From Zygnema circumcarinatum SAG 698-1b (taxonomy: Eukaryota; Plantae; Zygnematophyceae): a DNA stretch of 64,000 nt. Below are positions 1 to 11,434 of the stretch, piece after piece. Location of the stretch: the NCBI GenBank assembly GCA_037447605.1, contig CM074818.1:434001-498000 (forward strand), written 5' to 3'. Position 1 is the stretch's first letter. The number at the start of each line of letters is the position of its first letter. The notes beneath the pieces were generated by a model. That model worked only from the letters and a program-made list of their open reading frames with translations. It made no database searches and was not told the origin of the DNA. The position numbers and the translations under genes were made by a program.

Positions 1-1530
1 GGGAGAAGGAGAGGGAGGGGGAGAGGGAGAGGGAGGAGTGGAAAGGGAGAGAGAAATTAGAGTTGCAGGCCTGCTTTTTGGACTTAAGTTTGGTCATCAT
101 CTGATGAGAGATGTGGGAGGGGAATACCATTCATGCAGGTACATATTGGTTTATCCGCAGGGCTGTGATGTGTGTAACCATCTCTCCCTATTTTTATGTG
201 TGGCGGACTATGACAAGCTTCTCCCAGGTGACTCAAACAATAGTATTGACAAGTCTTATTTGTTTCTGCCACTCTCCCTCCCTTTCCTTTCCCTTCCCTC
301 CCCAGAAGCCTCAAAGGTTGAACGAGGGAATGTTAACACCTTCATTTCCCTTGTTCCTTTTTTTTGCAGGATGGAACCATTTTGCCCAGTTCACCATCGC
401 TGTTGTCAACAAAGATCCAAAGAAGTCCAAATATTCAGGTGAGGTCTATGGTACTTCTCACTATCTCACACGCGTCACACGTCTCATAAGCGGCAACCTT
501 TCCCTCCCTCCTCCCTCCCTCCCTCCTCCATCCTATCTCTCCTACTCCCTCGCCCTCTTGTGCTGTCCACTCACACTCTCTCTCTGCTCCATTCTGCGTT
601 CCTATTTCTTCCGCAGGGCTGAAGCCGTCCGATCTGTACGGCAAATTCACATGGAAGATTGAAACGTTTTCAGAGATCAACAAGCGAGAGCTCCGGAGCA
701 ATGTATTCGAGGTCGGCGGCTACAAATGGTATGCAAATTAAACATTTTTCTCTAAATCTCTTCTATCTCCCCACTTCAAACAACAAAATTAAGTCGCTCC
801 TTTACGCTTTCATTATACCTTCAAGGGACATTCTATTAGCCCGAGTCGAACTGCTGTTCTATGTTCTTGTGGAAGCAGGCATTGAAGCCCTCTTGCATAT
901 TATTCATGCAAGAGTTCAGTCAGGTTTGCGGGCCTGCTTAAATGAGTGTTTCCAGGGCCGGTTAGGGTACTTGGGGATGAGGGAGAGGGAGAGACAGGGA
1001 GAAGGAGATGGAGAGAGAGGGGGAGAAGGAGAGGGAGGGGGAGAGGGAGAGGGAGGAGTGGAAAGGGAGAGAGAAATTAGAGTTGCAGGCCTGCTTTTTG
1101 GACTTAAGTTTGGTCATCATCTGATGAGAGATGTGGGAGGGGAATACCATTCATGCAGGTACATATTGGTTTATCCGCAGGGCTGTGATGTGTGTAACCA
1201 TCTCTCCCTATTTTTATGTGTGGCGGACTATGACAAGCTTCTCCCAGGTGACTCAAACAATAGTATTGACAAGTCTTATTTGTTTCTGCCACTCTCCCTC
1301 CCTTTCCTTTCCCTTCCCTCCCCAGAAGCCTCAAAGGTTGAACGAGGGAATGTTAACACCTTCATTTCCCTTGTTCCTTTTTTTTGCAGGATGGAACCAT
1401 TTTGCCCAGTTCACCATCGCTGTTGTCAACAAAGATCCAAAGAAGTCCAAATATTCAGGTGAGGTCTATGGTACTTCTCACTATCTCACACGCGTCACAC
1501 GTCTCATAAGCGGCAACCTTTCCCTCCCTC
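1..1530 (+). repeat. Direct tandem duplication, period 1020 bp, covering MATH exons A-B-C
   Basis: Positions 1-~510 are identical by eye to 1021-~1530. The copies diverge inside a (CCCT)n tract. Confidence 0.95.
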
Positions 1531-2784
1531 CCTCCCTCCCTCCCTCCCTCATCGCCAATTTTAGCCAACTTCCCTGATCCCCTTCCTTTCCCGCAGACAC
1601 TCTGCACCGCTTCTGCAAGAAGGAGCACGATTGGGGTTGGAAGAAGTTCATGGAGAGAGGGAAAATGTTGGACGGATTCACCCCCTCTGATACTCTCATC
1701 ATTAAAGCCCAAGTGCAGGTTATAAGGTTAGCGCCGCAGCTCGTAACCCTCAACCTAAAGCCTACCCTAGCCCTAGCCTAACACTAACACTAACACTAAT
1801 CTAACCCTCCTAAACTTAAACCTATCTCTAACTCTAACCCTAACCCTAACACTAACCTACCCCAAATCTTAGCTCTAACCCTTACCCCGACCGTAACCGT
1901 AACCCTTACTCTAATTCTAACTCTAACCCTAACCTTGATTCTAACCAGAAACCTAACCCTAACCCTAGCGTTAACCCAACCCTTACCCCAACCCTAACCC
2001 TAACCCTAATCCTAACCCTAGCCCTAAGCTAACACTTACCTCTCCCTTTAACCTAAACCTAATCTAGAATCATCCTTATCTCCAACCTTTACCCTACCAC
2101 TATTCTAATGACTAAAACTTCAATAGCTGCTTGCTAACCTTAAAATTCCACCTTTAACTTATTCGCTACAAGTACAAATACATTTTTTTTCTTTTTCTTT
2201 GGGGGGGTTAGCAGGGAGAATCCAAGCAGACCTTTTCGCTGCTTGGACAGTCAGTACAGGCGGGAACTGGTGAGGGTATATCTCGCAAATGTGGAGAATA
2301 TTTGTCGGAGATTTGTAGATGAAAAAAGAGACAAACTCGGGAAGCTTCTGGAAGACTCGGCGCGCTGGCTCAGGTGTGAACACATGTTAAATATTCACAT
2401 ATTTAAGGTTTTTTGTAGTTGTTGAAATGTTCACGATATTGGGAGAGTTAGACAGAGATTGATGATAGATGTTAACGATAGCGAGAGAGGGAGACCAAGA
2501 CAGAGGGACAGAGAGAGGGAGACAGAGACAGAGGGACAGAGAGAGAGACAGAGAGACGGAGAGACAGAACGAGCGAGAGAGAGACAGAGAGACAGAACGA
2601 GAGGGAGGGAGACAGAGACGGAGAGACAGAGAGACAGAGGCAGAGGGACAGAGAGAGACAGAGGAACATAAAGAGAGAGAGAGACAGAGAGACGGAGAGA
2701 CAGAGGCAGAGAGGCAGAGGGACAGAGAGAGAGGCAGAGAGACAGAAAGAGAGTTAGAGACAGAGAGACCGAAAGAGAGAGAGG

Positions 2785-2860
<76 letters not shown>

Positions 2861-5800
2861 CCAACCCTGAACCCACCCCCCCGCCCTCCCTCTCTGCAGC
2901 CTCCGTTCCTTTTGGGCCGCAGTGGACGACGGCACGCGGCGCCGCCTTGCGCGGGAGAGAAGTGACGTCATCCTGCGCGCCCTCGTGAAGCGTTTCTTTA
3001 ACGACCGCGAGGTGACGTCAACACTCGTCATGCACGCGCTGCACAGCGCCTGCAGAGACCTGCTCGCTCTCTCCTCCCGCAGGAGTGGGAGTGGGAGTGG
3101 GAGTGGAGGTGGGAGTGGGAGTGGGTGTGCGAGTGAGAGTGGAGGTGGGAGTCGGAGTGGGTGTGGGAGTGGGAGTGGAGGTGGGAGTGGGAGTGGGTGT
3201 GGGAGTGGGATTGGAGGTGGGAGTGGGAGAGGGAGTGGGAATGAGGGAAGCACTGGGGAGGGAAACTTGAAGGCTGCGGGAGAGGGAGGGAGAGGGAAGG
3301 GGCAGGGCTTAGAGGGAGAGGCGAAGGGGGGAGGAGGAGGAGGAGGAGGAGAGGGTTCAGGGGCGGTGGTTTGGATAGAGAAGGGGTCGTTTGTGTTGGC
3401 GGGAGATGTGTTGGGGCTGTTGGAGAGAGCGGTGGGAGAGACCATTCCTTCATATAAGGAGGAGAAGGGACCCCAGAGTCGCTCAAAAGTAAGAGCATTC
3501 TCTCTCTCTCCCTCACTCTCCCTAACTCTCTCTCTCGCTGCTTTTCCCTTTCCTCTGTATATCTTGTTGTTGTACTAAGGACATTCTCTCTCTCTCTCTC
3601 TCCCACTCTCTCTCTCTCTCTTCCTCTCTCTCTCTTTCTCTTTCTCTCTCTCTCTCGTTCTCTCTCTCTCTGTCTCTCTCTCTCCCTCTCTTGCTCTCTC
3701 TCTCTCTCTGCTTGTGCAGGAAGTGGGAATGGATGAAGTGGGGAAGGAGGCGGTAGAGAGAGACGAGAGGCGGCTGACGGAGCTTGGGAGGAGGACGGTG
3801 GAGATGTTTGTTCTCACGCACCTTTTCAGGTAAACAAATTTCCCAACAAATTTCGCGAAAAGGCAAAAAATCTTCAAGCCCCAACATTACAGTTTTTGAG
3901 GAATTTGGGAGTAAACATGCCTATCGAGAAATTCAACTCGTCTATGCCAAGGATTGCAGCATTTAATTTATGTAGCTTTTGCAGCATAAAATTTGAACAT
4001 ATACATTTCGAAGGCGGAGAACGGAAATGGGTTTCCGTAGATTACAACTGACAACTGACAACTTCACGTTTCTTTGTGTTTTTTTGTGACGTGACAGTAA
4101 CCGAGTGGAGGTGGCTTATAGAGAAGCAGTAGCTCTCAAACGGCAGGAAGAACTTATAAAGGAGGAGGAGGCTGCAGAAGCAGCGGAGAGAGAGCTTTTG
4201 GCGAGGCGGGAGAAGGCGGAGAGAGAGAGGAGGAGCAAGAAGAAGCAGGTGGGAGAGCGAATCCGAAATCTGAAATCTGAAATCTGAAATCTGAAATCTG
4301 AAATCTGAAATTTGCAGTCTGCAATCTGAAAGAGGTCGACAAGGGTTATGAGCGTATGAGCGTATAGTTTACGGAAAAAACTACTTAAGAACATCATGTT
4401 TTCATGTTATAGATTTTGACGTGGGCGAGAGTGCGGTAGAGGAGGTGGGAGCAATACGAGTGAGAGCTTCTCTCTGCTGTATACTACTATTATTACTATT
4501 ATTTATAGTATTCTTCTTACTATTATTATTATTATTATGATTATGAAATATGGGATGCTGGGTCCATCAGGCAAAGCAACGGAAAAAAGATCGGAAGGAG
4601 AAGAAGGCGGGAGGACAGAGTGGAGCAGAGAGAGAGAGGGAGAGGGAGGAGCAACACATCGACGGTAGCAGCCTTGAGGGAGAGAGAGAGGAGGTAGGGA
4701 GGGGCACCCAATGGACCAATGGGAGCGCTTCTCCGGCTACCAATGGGCACAGAGAGGAGGAAGAGGAGGGAGAGGAAGAATCCGAAGTCACTATGGAAGA
4801 AGCTTCTAGAGAGGAGAGTGATGCTGACGTCAGCGTGAGAGATTGTGAGGTCAGCGCAATTTCGATGGAGATAGGTATGACAGTGGGTGGAACGGAAGCC
4901 AATTTCAGCACGGAAATCGAGGGAACCCCAAATGCGGAAATTCGAGAAATTGGAGAAATAGGAGAAAGGCCAATTTTAGTAGAGAGTTTGGAGGTGGATG
5001 GGGCGGGTCCATGCAGTCTTAGCAGGGATGTGAGTGTCAGTGAAGGGCAACTGAACAGAATCCAACATGGAGAGGGAGGGGAGGCAGATGTGGAGGGAGA
5101 GGTAGTGAGTAGGAGGAGTCTCCATGATGAAGCTTCTTCCACTTGTTCGTCAGATTCTCTCCCTTCTGTGCATATAAATGGAGTGTTGGGAGAGACTCCT
5201 CTCTCGGCAGATTCAAACGGATTAGCAGGAGAGCTGCGGCAGAGACGAGGGCTTTTGGGAATGTGAGTATCCCTCTCCCTCTCCCTCTCCCTCTCCCTCT
5301 CCCTCTCCCTCTCCCTCTCCCTCTCCCGCTGTCTCTCGTTCTCCTTCGCTCTCTTTCTCGTCTCCCTTTCTCTCTGTCCCTCTCTCTCACAGAATTGATA
5401 ATTTTCACCTTTCTAATTGATGTTGGTCTTGCGGTTTGAGGGGGGCAGGGTGGAAAATTTCTATAGAGATGAAGCTGGAACGAGTGAAAATAGTGGGAAC
5501 GCCTCCCACAGTGCCAACAGGAGGGTTGAACCTGGTCATGCGCTCGGTCCAGATGCAGACACCATCATCCTTTCCCTCAAGGAGAGAGTGGTATGGTTGG
5601 AACAGAGGCTGCAAGAGAAGGTGAGGGAGAGGAAGCTCACACTTTCTACGTTGATTGAACTTCATCATTCTCCCGCCTTTCAACAAACTTCTACATTTCC
5701 TTCTCCCTCTTCCTCTCTCTCCCCCCCTCTCACTCTCTCTCGCTCTCTCCCCTCCCCCAATCCTCCCTCCCTTTCGTCTTTTTTCAAATAGGTGGAAGAA

Positions 5801-7399
5801 GTGCTTTTTCTGCACGAGCAGCTAAAGTTCAGTCAGGCAGGAGGAGGGAGACTCCCTCCCACAGCGAGAGGAGTAAGGACGGAGGGTTCAGGTGCGCTGC
5901 TTAACGGAGGTAGCCCTGCAGAGACTAAGTCCCAAAGTGAGGAAATTCCGCAAGCAGAGAGATCAGGGAGAGGCTCATTTTCAGGAGACGGAGTATCAGA
6001 TAATAGAGGCTCGCCGAAACCACTAGGAAGACACGTGACAGGTGTCACACTCGGACATGGAGGCCTTAGAGGGGGTGTGGTAGTAGGACCCACAAATGGA
6101 GCACTTGGAAATGGAATTTTGAATGGAGGAGAGAGAGGAGGAGGAGCATGGGGGGGGAGGAGAGGAGGAGAAGTGGGAGGTAGAAGCTCAGCTGTACGGC
6201 CTCCAAGGCCATGTGGCAGCATAGAATTGGCCAGTTCTGGATCGACCAATGGGGCGCTTGGAACAAGCGTGCGGGCGATGAGTATGTCGGGAGGGGGAGG
6301 GAGCAGGAGAGAGAGAGAGGGAGAGGTGGGAGGGCTTGGGAGAGCTGGAAATGGGGCAGGAGGAGTGGGCCCCACCAGGTCTCTCAGTATGGGAGGCCAA
6401 GTTTCTAATGAAGTAGTCAACCCTATTCAACCCTCTTCGGGAGTTCCCCTCTCCTATAGGAGTGTGATTGTTGGGCCACCTCGTACAGCTGCGGGAGGGA
6501 GAGGAGTGGTAGGACCCATGATGTCGTCTATGGAGGTGGGAGGGAGACATGTGGGAGGGAAGGGTTCAGTGCTCTCATCTCCTCCTAAAACTCCCCTTCA
6601 ACTAAACCCTAAAGAAGCGGAATTAGCGGAAAGTCAAGATGGGTTAGTTCTCTCACTGAAGCCGGAAATTGGGAAGGAAAGAAATTCAGCAATGGGGCCT
6701 TTTCCCTCGGAAACTCCCTCGCTAAGTAGTGGAACAGAGGGGCAGAGGAGTGAGGAGGAGAGAGTGGGAGAGAGAGGGTGGGAGAGGAGCCGGCAGGGAG
6801 GAGAGGAGAGTGAGAGGAGGAGAAGTCCAAGCTTGGAGGATGTGTTGAGAGAGAATTCAGAGATATCTTTTGGGACTATGGTGGCTACAAATGTCCTTTC
6901 TTCATCTTCAACGGAGGCAGAAGTAGTTCCGTCTGAGACTGGGCGGCAACCTGTTCTATGGAAGGAAGAGCCCTCTCCTATACATGGAATCGGGGCCAGT
7001 TCCGTTCTGCATAACGGAACTGAAAGCATGAGCTTGCCTGAGGATTTCCCTCATCTCGCACTTATAAATGACTTGCTGGACGAAGATCTGCAGGGGCTTT
7101 GTGGAGGAGGGGGAGAGGGAGAGGGAGGGAAGGGGAGCTCTCTCTCTCTTGAGCCTTCTTTATATGTGAACAGGACGAGTGGGAGAGGGATGGAAATAGG
7201 GGATGTGGAAGTCCTCATGTGGGGCTCTCGCGAGGAGGAAGGAGACGGAATAATGGTTAATCTGCAGCGCTTTGGGAGAGAGGGAGGTAGAGGGAGAGGG
7301 AGGGGAGGGGTTGAGGGAGGAGGGGAGGGAGTGGGAGTGAAGGTCTGTGGGAGGAACGGCTCTCACCATGCAATTGGGCAGCCCATGTATGGCTACTAG
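139..7399 (+). CDS. TRAF1: MATH/TRAF-domain protein, TRAF1A/TRAF1B (MUSE14/MUSE13)-like; 5' end lies upstream of the window; three MATH exons are duplicated
   Basis: Phase-consistent GT-AG exons: 139-227, 370-438, 617-728, 1159-1247, 1390-1458, 1597-1726, 2215-2373, 2900-3488, 3720-3829, 4098-4248, 4571-5262, 5449-5620, 5792-7399. They encode [53 protein letters not shown]...[12 protein letters not shown] (MATH), then [62 protein letters not shown] and C-terminal [16 protein letters not shown], motifs I recognise from plant TRAF1A/B. Confidence 0.92.
1744..2100 (+). repeat. Degenerate telomere-like (CCCTAA)n intronic array
   Basis: Runs such as ctaaccctaaccctaac and cctaaccctaaccctagc in TRAF1 intron 1727-2214. 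Confidence 0.85.
4265..4330 (+). repeat. (AAATCTG)n heptamer microsatellite
   Basis: About 7 near-perfect copies of gaaatct just after the donor at 4249. Confidence 0.9.
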
Positions 7400-7849
7400 G
7401 ACGGATAAGTGAGGTTCCATGGAAGCAGGTGTTCCGTGCTCTGTGACTGAACTATGGAAGGCGTTCCATGTATGAGGACACGTCTTAGAGCATAACGAGA
7501 GCCTCTTCTTGTGATGTTTCAGTTAAAGGCGGTTCAACGCAGTTCCATGATCTTCTTTTTTCTTTAAAGCGTTGGGGTCTCAGCTGCTGTGGTTTTTTTT
7601 CTTTTCTTTCCTATGTTTTTTCAAGTTAGCGGAACTAGAAATGAAGAAGAAGAACAGGATGCAGCGGCCTTCGCTCTCTCAAACCCATTTCATGGTGCGT
7701 TCATACATGCATGAAGGGATGCACCCGTGCACCCATCCATCCATGCATGGGTGCCTGCACATGTCATGGAAAGCATCGTGGATGGATGCATGGATGCATC
7801 GTTTTTCCCTTTTTTGCATGTCCATGGTGCTGGCTGGAACTGGCCGGAG

Positions 7850-7940
7850 ATATTTCGATATCGGCGCGTCACATCGTTATTGATCGATACGGTATGATGA
7901 GAGATACGATACGAGGCGATTCGATATTGCATGATAGAAT
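7850..7940. mobile_element. Fragment of a CGATA-repeat MITE family related to 14453-14630
   Basis: gatacgatacg and cgatattgcatgatagaat resemble the reverse complement of the left end of the 14453 element (cgatattgtacgatacgat). Confidence 0.4.
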
Positions 7941-8015
7941 AACCTCCCTCCGAGTTCATGTCGACTTCGCAGATCAAGATTTTTGGTTCAACATGTGGTA
8001 AAGGTTGGGTAATGA

Positions 8016-8664
8016 AAGTCACGTGGCAACGTTTGATTGCACGACAATTTTTTACATAGCTACGTGGACAAATATGCGTTTGTCACGTGCTGGTTTAACT
8101 ATACAGAATCTGGCGTTGACCGCTTGTTGAACCGCCGAAATTCAGTTCAAACGCGGTCAGCGGTCTCGGAGGGTCTTCAGATGAGTCTAGGCTGCCACGT
8201 GGCACCACATTTTGTATATTTTTTAGCAATTTCGATTTTTTGATTCTAGAGGTATGTAGCGTCACGTGGCAGTTGGCCATTGGATGGAAATAGTTTAACT
8301 GAGGTCAACCGTTCTAGGCATCAAGAGTTTACTCGTGTTCAACTTTTGATCTTTGCTTGGATCCGAACGATCAGTACTGATCCATCGCTGATCTGCAGTT
8401 GATCTGCTTTGGGTTAACTGCCCTTCCGACTGAAAAACCCGAAACCCGAAAACTACAATCTTGAAAACTTCAAGCTTTCAGTTTCCAGTTTGCAGTTTGT
8501 TGCAACTGCTTCCTCCGGGACTTGGACCTGGGCCTTCCTTCCCCTCATTCCAATTTTTTCCACGTGGACCAATTGTGAAGAACCACGTCAGCAAATTGGT
8601 CCACGTGTACCCAATGGTGAGGCACCATGTCAGCACATTTTACCACGTGGCGAATTTCCATTGG
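8016..8664. promoter_or_regulatory. G-box/CCAAT cluster upstream of ALIX with ERSE-I and ERSE-II type composites
   Basis: Perfect CCAAT-N9-CCACG at 8265-8283 (rev), 8569-8587 and 8646-8664 (rev). ATTGG-N-CCACG at 8595-8605 and 8563-8573 (rev). Near matches at 8022-8040 and 8611-8629. Several CACGTG cores. Confidence 0.6.
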
Positions 8665-9175
8665 TGGTTGTAGTCCCAGATATGAAGAAAGCCTCCCCCC
8701 CTCGTTTCCTTCCTTTCTTCCCTCTTGCAGGCCGCTATGGCCTGACCACTTGGAGCTTCTTCCCTGCTTCCCTGCTTCCATCGTCGCTTGAGTTTGAGGG
8801 TTCTTGCTGAAGTTTAGTGTTCAGGCTATCGCGCTGCAGGGGGTGGGGTAGCGGCGGCTGCAAGCGCTCGCACGTGCTGGAGGAGGGTTGGAAGTGTGGG
8901 GGGAAGCTTTTGTTGGAGGTTAAAGAGGAGAGGTCCTGATTCATTAGAGGGAGAGAGAGAGAGAGTGAGAGAGAGTGACAGAGGGATAAAGAAAGCGAGG
9001 GAGAAAAAGATAGAGAGAGAAAGAGAAAGAGAGGGATAGCGAGAGAGGAAAAGAGAAAGAGCGAGAGTGAGACACACAGAGAGAGAGAAAGATAGAGAGA
9101 GAGAGAGGGAGAGAGAGAGAGAGAGTGAGAAAGAGAGAGTGAGACACATAGAGAGAGCGAGAGATTGCGTCTGCC

Positions 9176-11398
9176 ATGGCGACTTCCATGACATCCATGA
9201 ACGTGATGCTCGCCATCCATGGCAAGAAGACGGCCCCTCTGGACATGTACAAGCCCCTCCGGCAGTACATCCTCTCCCACTACTCCGAGAGAGAGGCCGC
9301 CGACGGGGAGGATGACCTGCAGTCAGTGCAGAGCATGAGGACAGCTGTCGAGAAGCAATTGGACGCCTTGGAGCCTCGCAGGGACCTTCTGCAACGCTAC
9401 TTCCGAACCCTAACTGTCATGGAAACACGGTTCCCCATTTCTCCGGAACGGGATCATGTGAACAGTCTCCATTTTGTGTGGTTTGATGCCTTCAAGGCGG
9501 GGAAGAAAGCTTCTCAGCAGAACATACATTTCGAGAAAGCGGGAGTTATATTTAACTTAGCCGCGGTTCAAAGCCAGTTAGGATTAGCGGCTGATCGGAG
9601 CTCGGCAGCAGGGCTCAAGCAGGCCTGCAATTGCTTTCAAGCTGCGGCCGGATGCTTCGCTTTTCTGAGAGATAATGTATCGATGAAAGCTTCGGCAGGA
9701 GGGATCGGAAGCTCTACCGTCGATATATCGGTGGAATGTGCGGGAATGCTGGAGAGGTTGATGCTGGCGCAGGCCCAGGAATGCTTCTATGAAAAGGTCT
9801 TAGCAGACGGAAAGCCGAGTACTTTATGTGGGAGAGTGGCTCGACAAGTGGGAATGTACTATGAAGAAGCTCATGCAGCTCTCACTTTACCACCTCTGAA
9901 TCTGCATTTTGATCGAACTTGGGTATCGCATGTGCAGCTGAAGTCTTCACAATTCCAAGCAGAAAGTCTTTTTAGGGTTTCATTGGATCTGCATGAGCAG
10001 GATAATATTGCGGAGGAGATAGCACGGCTGCAGGGAGCCATGGCTATGCTGGGCGAAGCTAAAAAAAGCGGGAAAGGAGCGGTAGGGCCCCTCTGGGATG
10101 CTGTTATTAAGCTGGAAGGGAGTGTAGCCCGAAACTTGGAACGGGCCAAGAAAGAAAATGACAGAGTTTATTTGATGAAAGTTCCTGCATACGAAAGCCT
10201 GCCCGGGATTCCGCCTGCAAATCTGGTTTCTGCAACTTCCCAGCAGGAGGTTTTGGATGCGAGTAAAGAGAAGATGTTTCCGGGACTCGTTCCGGATAGC
10301 TCCGCAAAAGCGCTTTCCAAGTATACTGAAATGGTGGATGATATTATTCGGACTCAGACAGAGAAGCTGCAGAATGAGAGCGATCTAACAAGGGTGAAGC
10401 TGCAGGAGATGGAGCTTCCGGAATCCATGGCTGCCCTGCAAGGAAGTGGGTCTATTCCAGACCAGCTGCAGGAGGATGTGGAGGCTGTGAAGATTGATGG
10501 AGGCCCGGGAGGGTTGGATGGATTGATGCTGCAGTTGAAGGATTTGAGGAGAGTGAATGAGGAACTTTTGGTTCAGACGGAGGAGCTTTTGGACAAGGAA
10601 GCGAGAGAGGATGCCCAAATTAGGGCGCAATTTGGAACGCGGTGGACCAGGCCTGCGTCGAGCACTCTCACTAAGAATCTGCATGATCGAGCGAATGGGT
10701 TTGCAGCAAACCTAAGGCAGGCGGGAGAGAGCGACTCTCGGATAGAGAGGAGCTTGAAGGATAATGAGCAGCTGCTGGCGATTCTGAAGGCGCAGCCGGT
10801 GAGTGAGAGAGGGAGGGGGAGGAGGAGGAGGAGGGGAGGGGGAGGAGGAGGAGGAGGGGAGGGGGAGGGGGGAGGAAGTGGGGGAGGGGGAGGGGGAGGA
10901 GGAGGGGGAGGAGGAGGAGGAGGGGGAGGGGTGGGGTGGGACGCGGATGAGGGATGGGGCTGTGACTGTGGATGAGGTTGGATGGATGATGATGTGACAT
11001 GATGAGGGTTTTTGTGTTGGTGATGTGCAGATTGAAGCAGCACTGCCAAAGCTCTCAAAACCAATAGTTTCGGTGCATGGAGATGAGGATGCAATTACTT
11101 CACGACTGAAGCAGCTTCTGGTATGCTGCTCTGCTTTGGTCCAGCTTTGACACCCCTAACACCTCTTTGAAGGGTGCGTTGTTCAATAATGGGACTAATA
11201 AGGAAAAATAAACTGAATTTGTAGAGTTTTTCGTCCTCTTGCTAAGCCGAGGAAGTTTCGGTGGTTTGTGCAGACGGAACTTGAAAAATTGGGCTCTCAG
11301 CGAGCAGGTCTAGAAGACATGCTTAAGGATATGAAGCGCAAGGTGCGTCCGCCAATCTTCAGATAAGAAAAATGAAAGAGCGAGAGAGAGCGAGAGGG

Positions 11399-11434
<36 letters not shown>

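Noticed and set aside
2387-3606. Long ORFs rich in SL/ER/PS repeats here and throughout (e.g. 12746, 27253, 55772, 55882, 56223)
   Set aside because: These are translations of (GA)n/(CT)n microsatellites, mostly in introns or antisense to real exons. They have no domain content.
7700-7800. CATGCATG (RY-like) motifs and a small hairpin
   Set aside because: This is a simple ATGC/ATGG repeat downstream of the TRAF1 stop, with no positional support as a promoter element.
8690-8940. Acceptor-like ttgcag at 8730 followed by a minimal ATG-GCC-TGA uORF
   Set aside because: It may be ALIX 5' UTR, but there is no TSS or donor evidence to place it.
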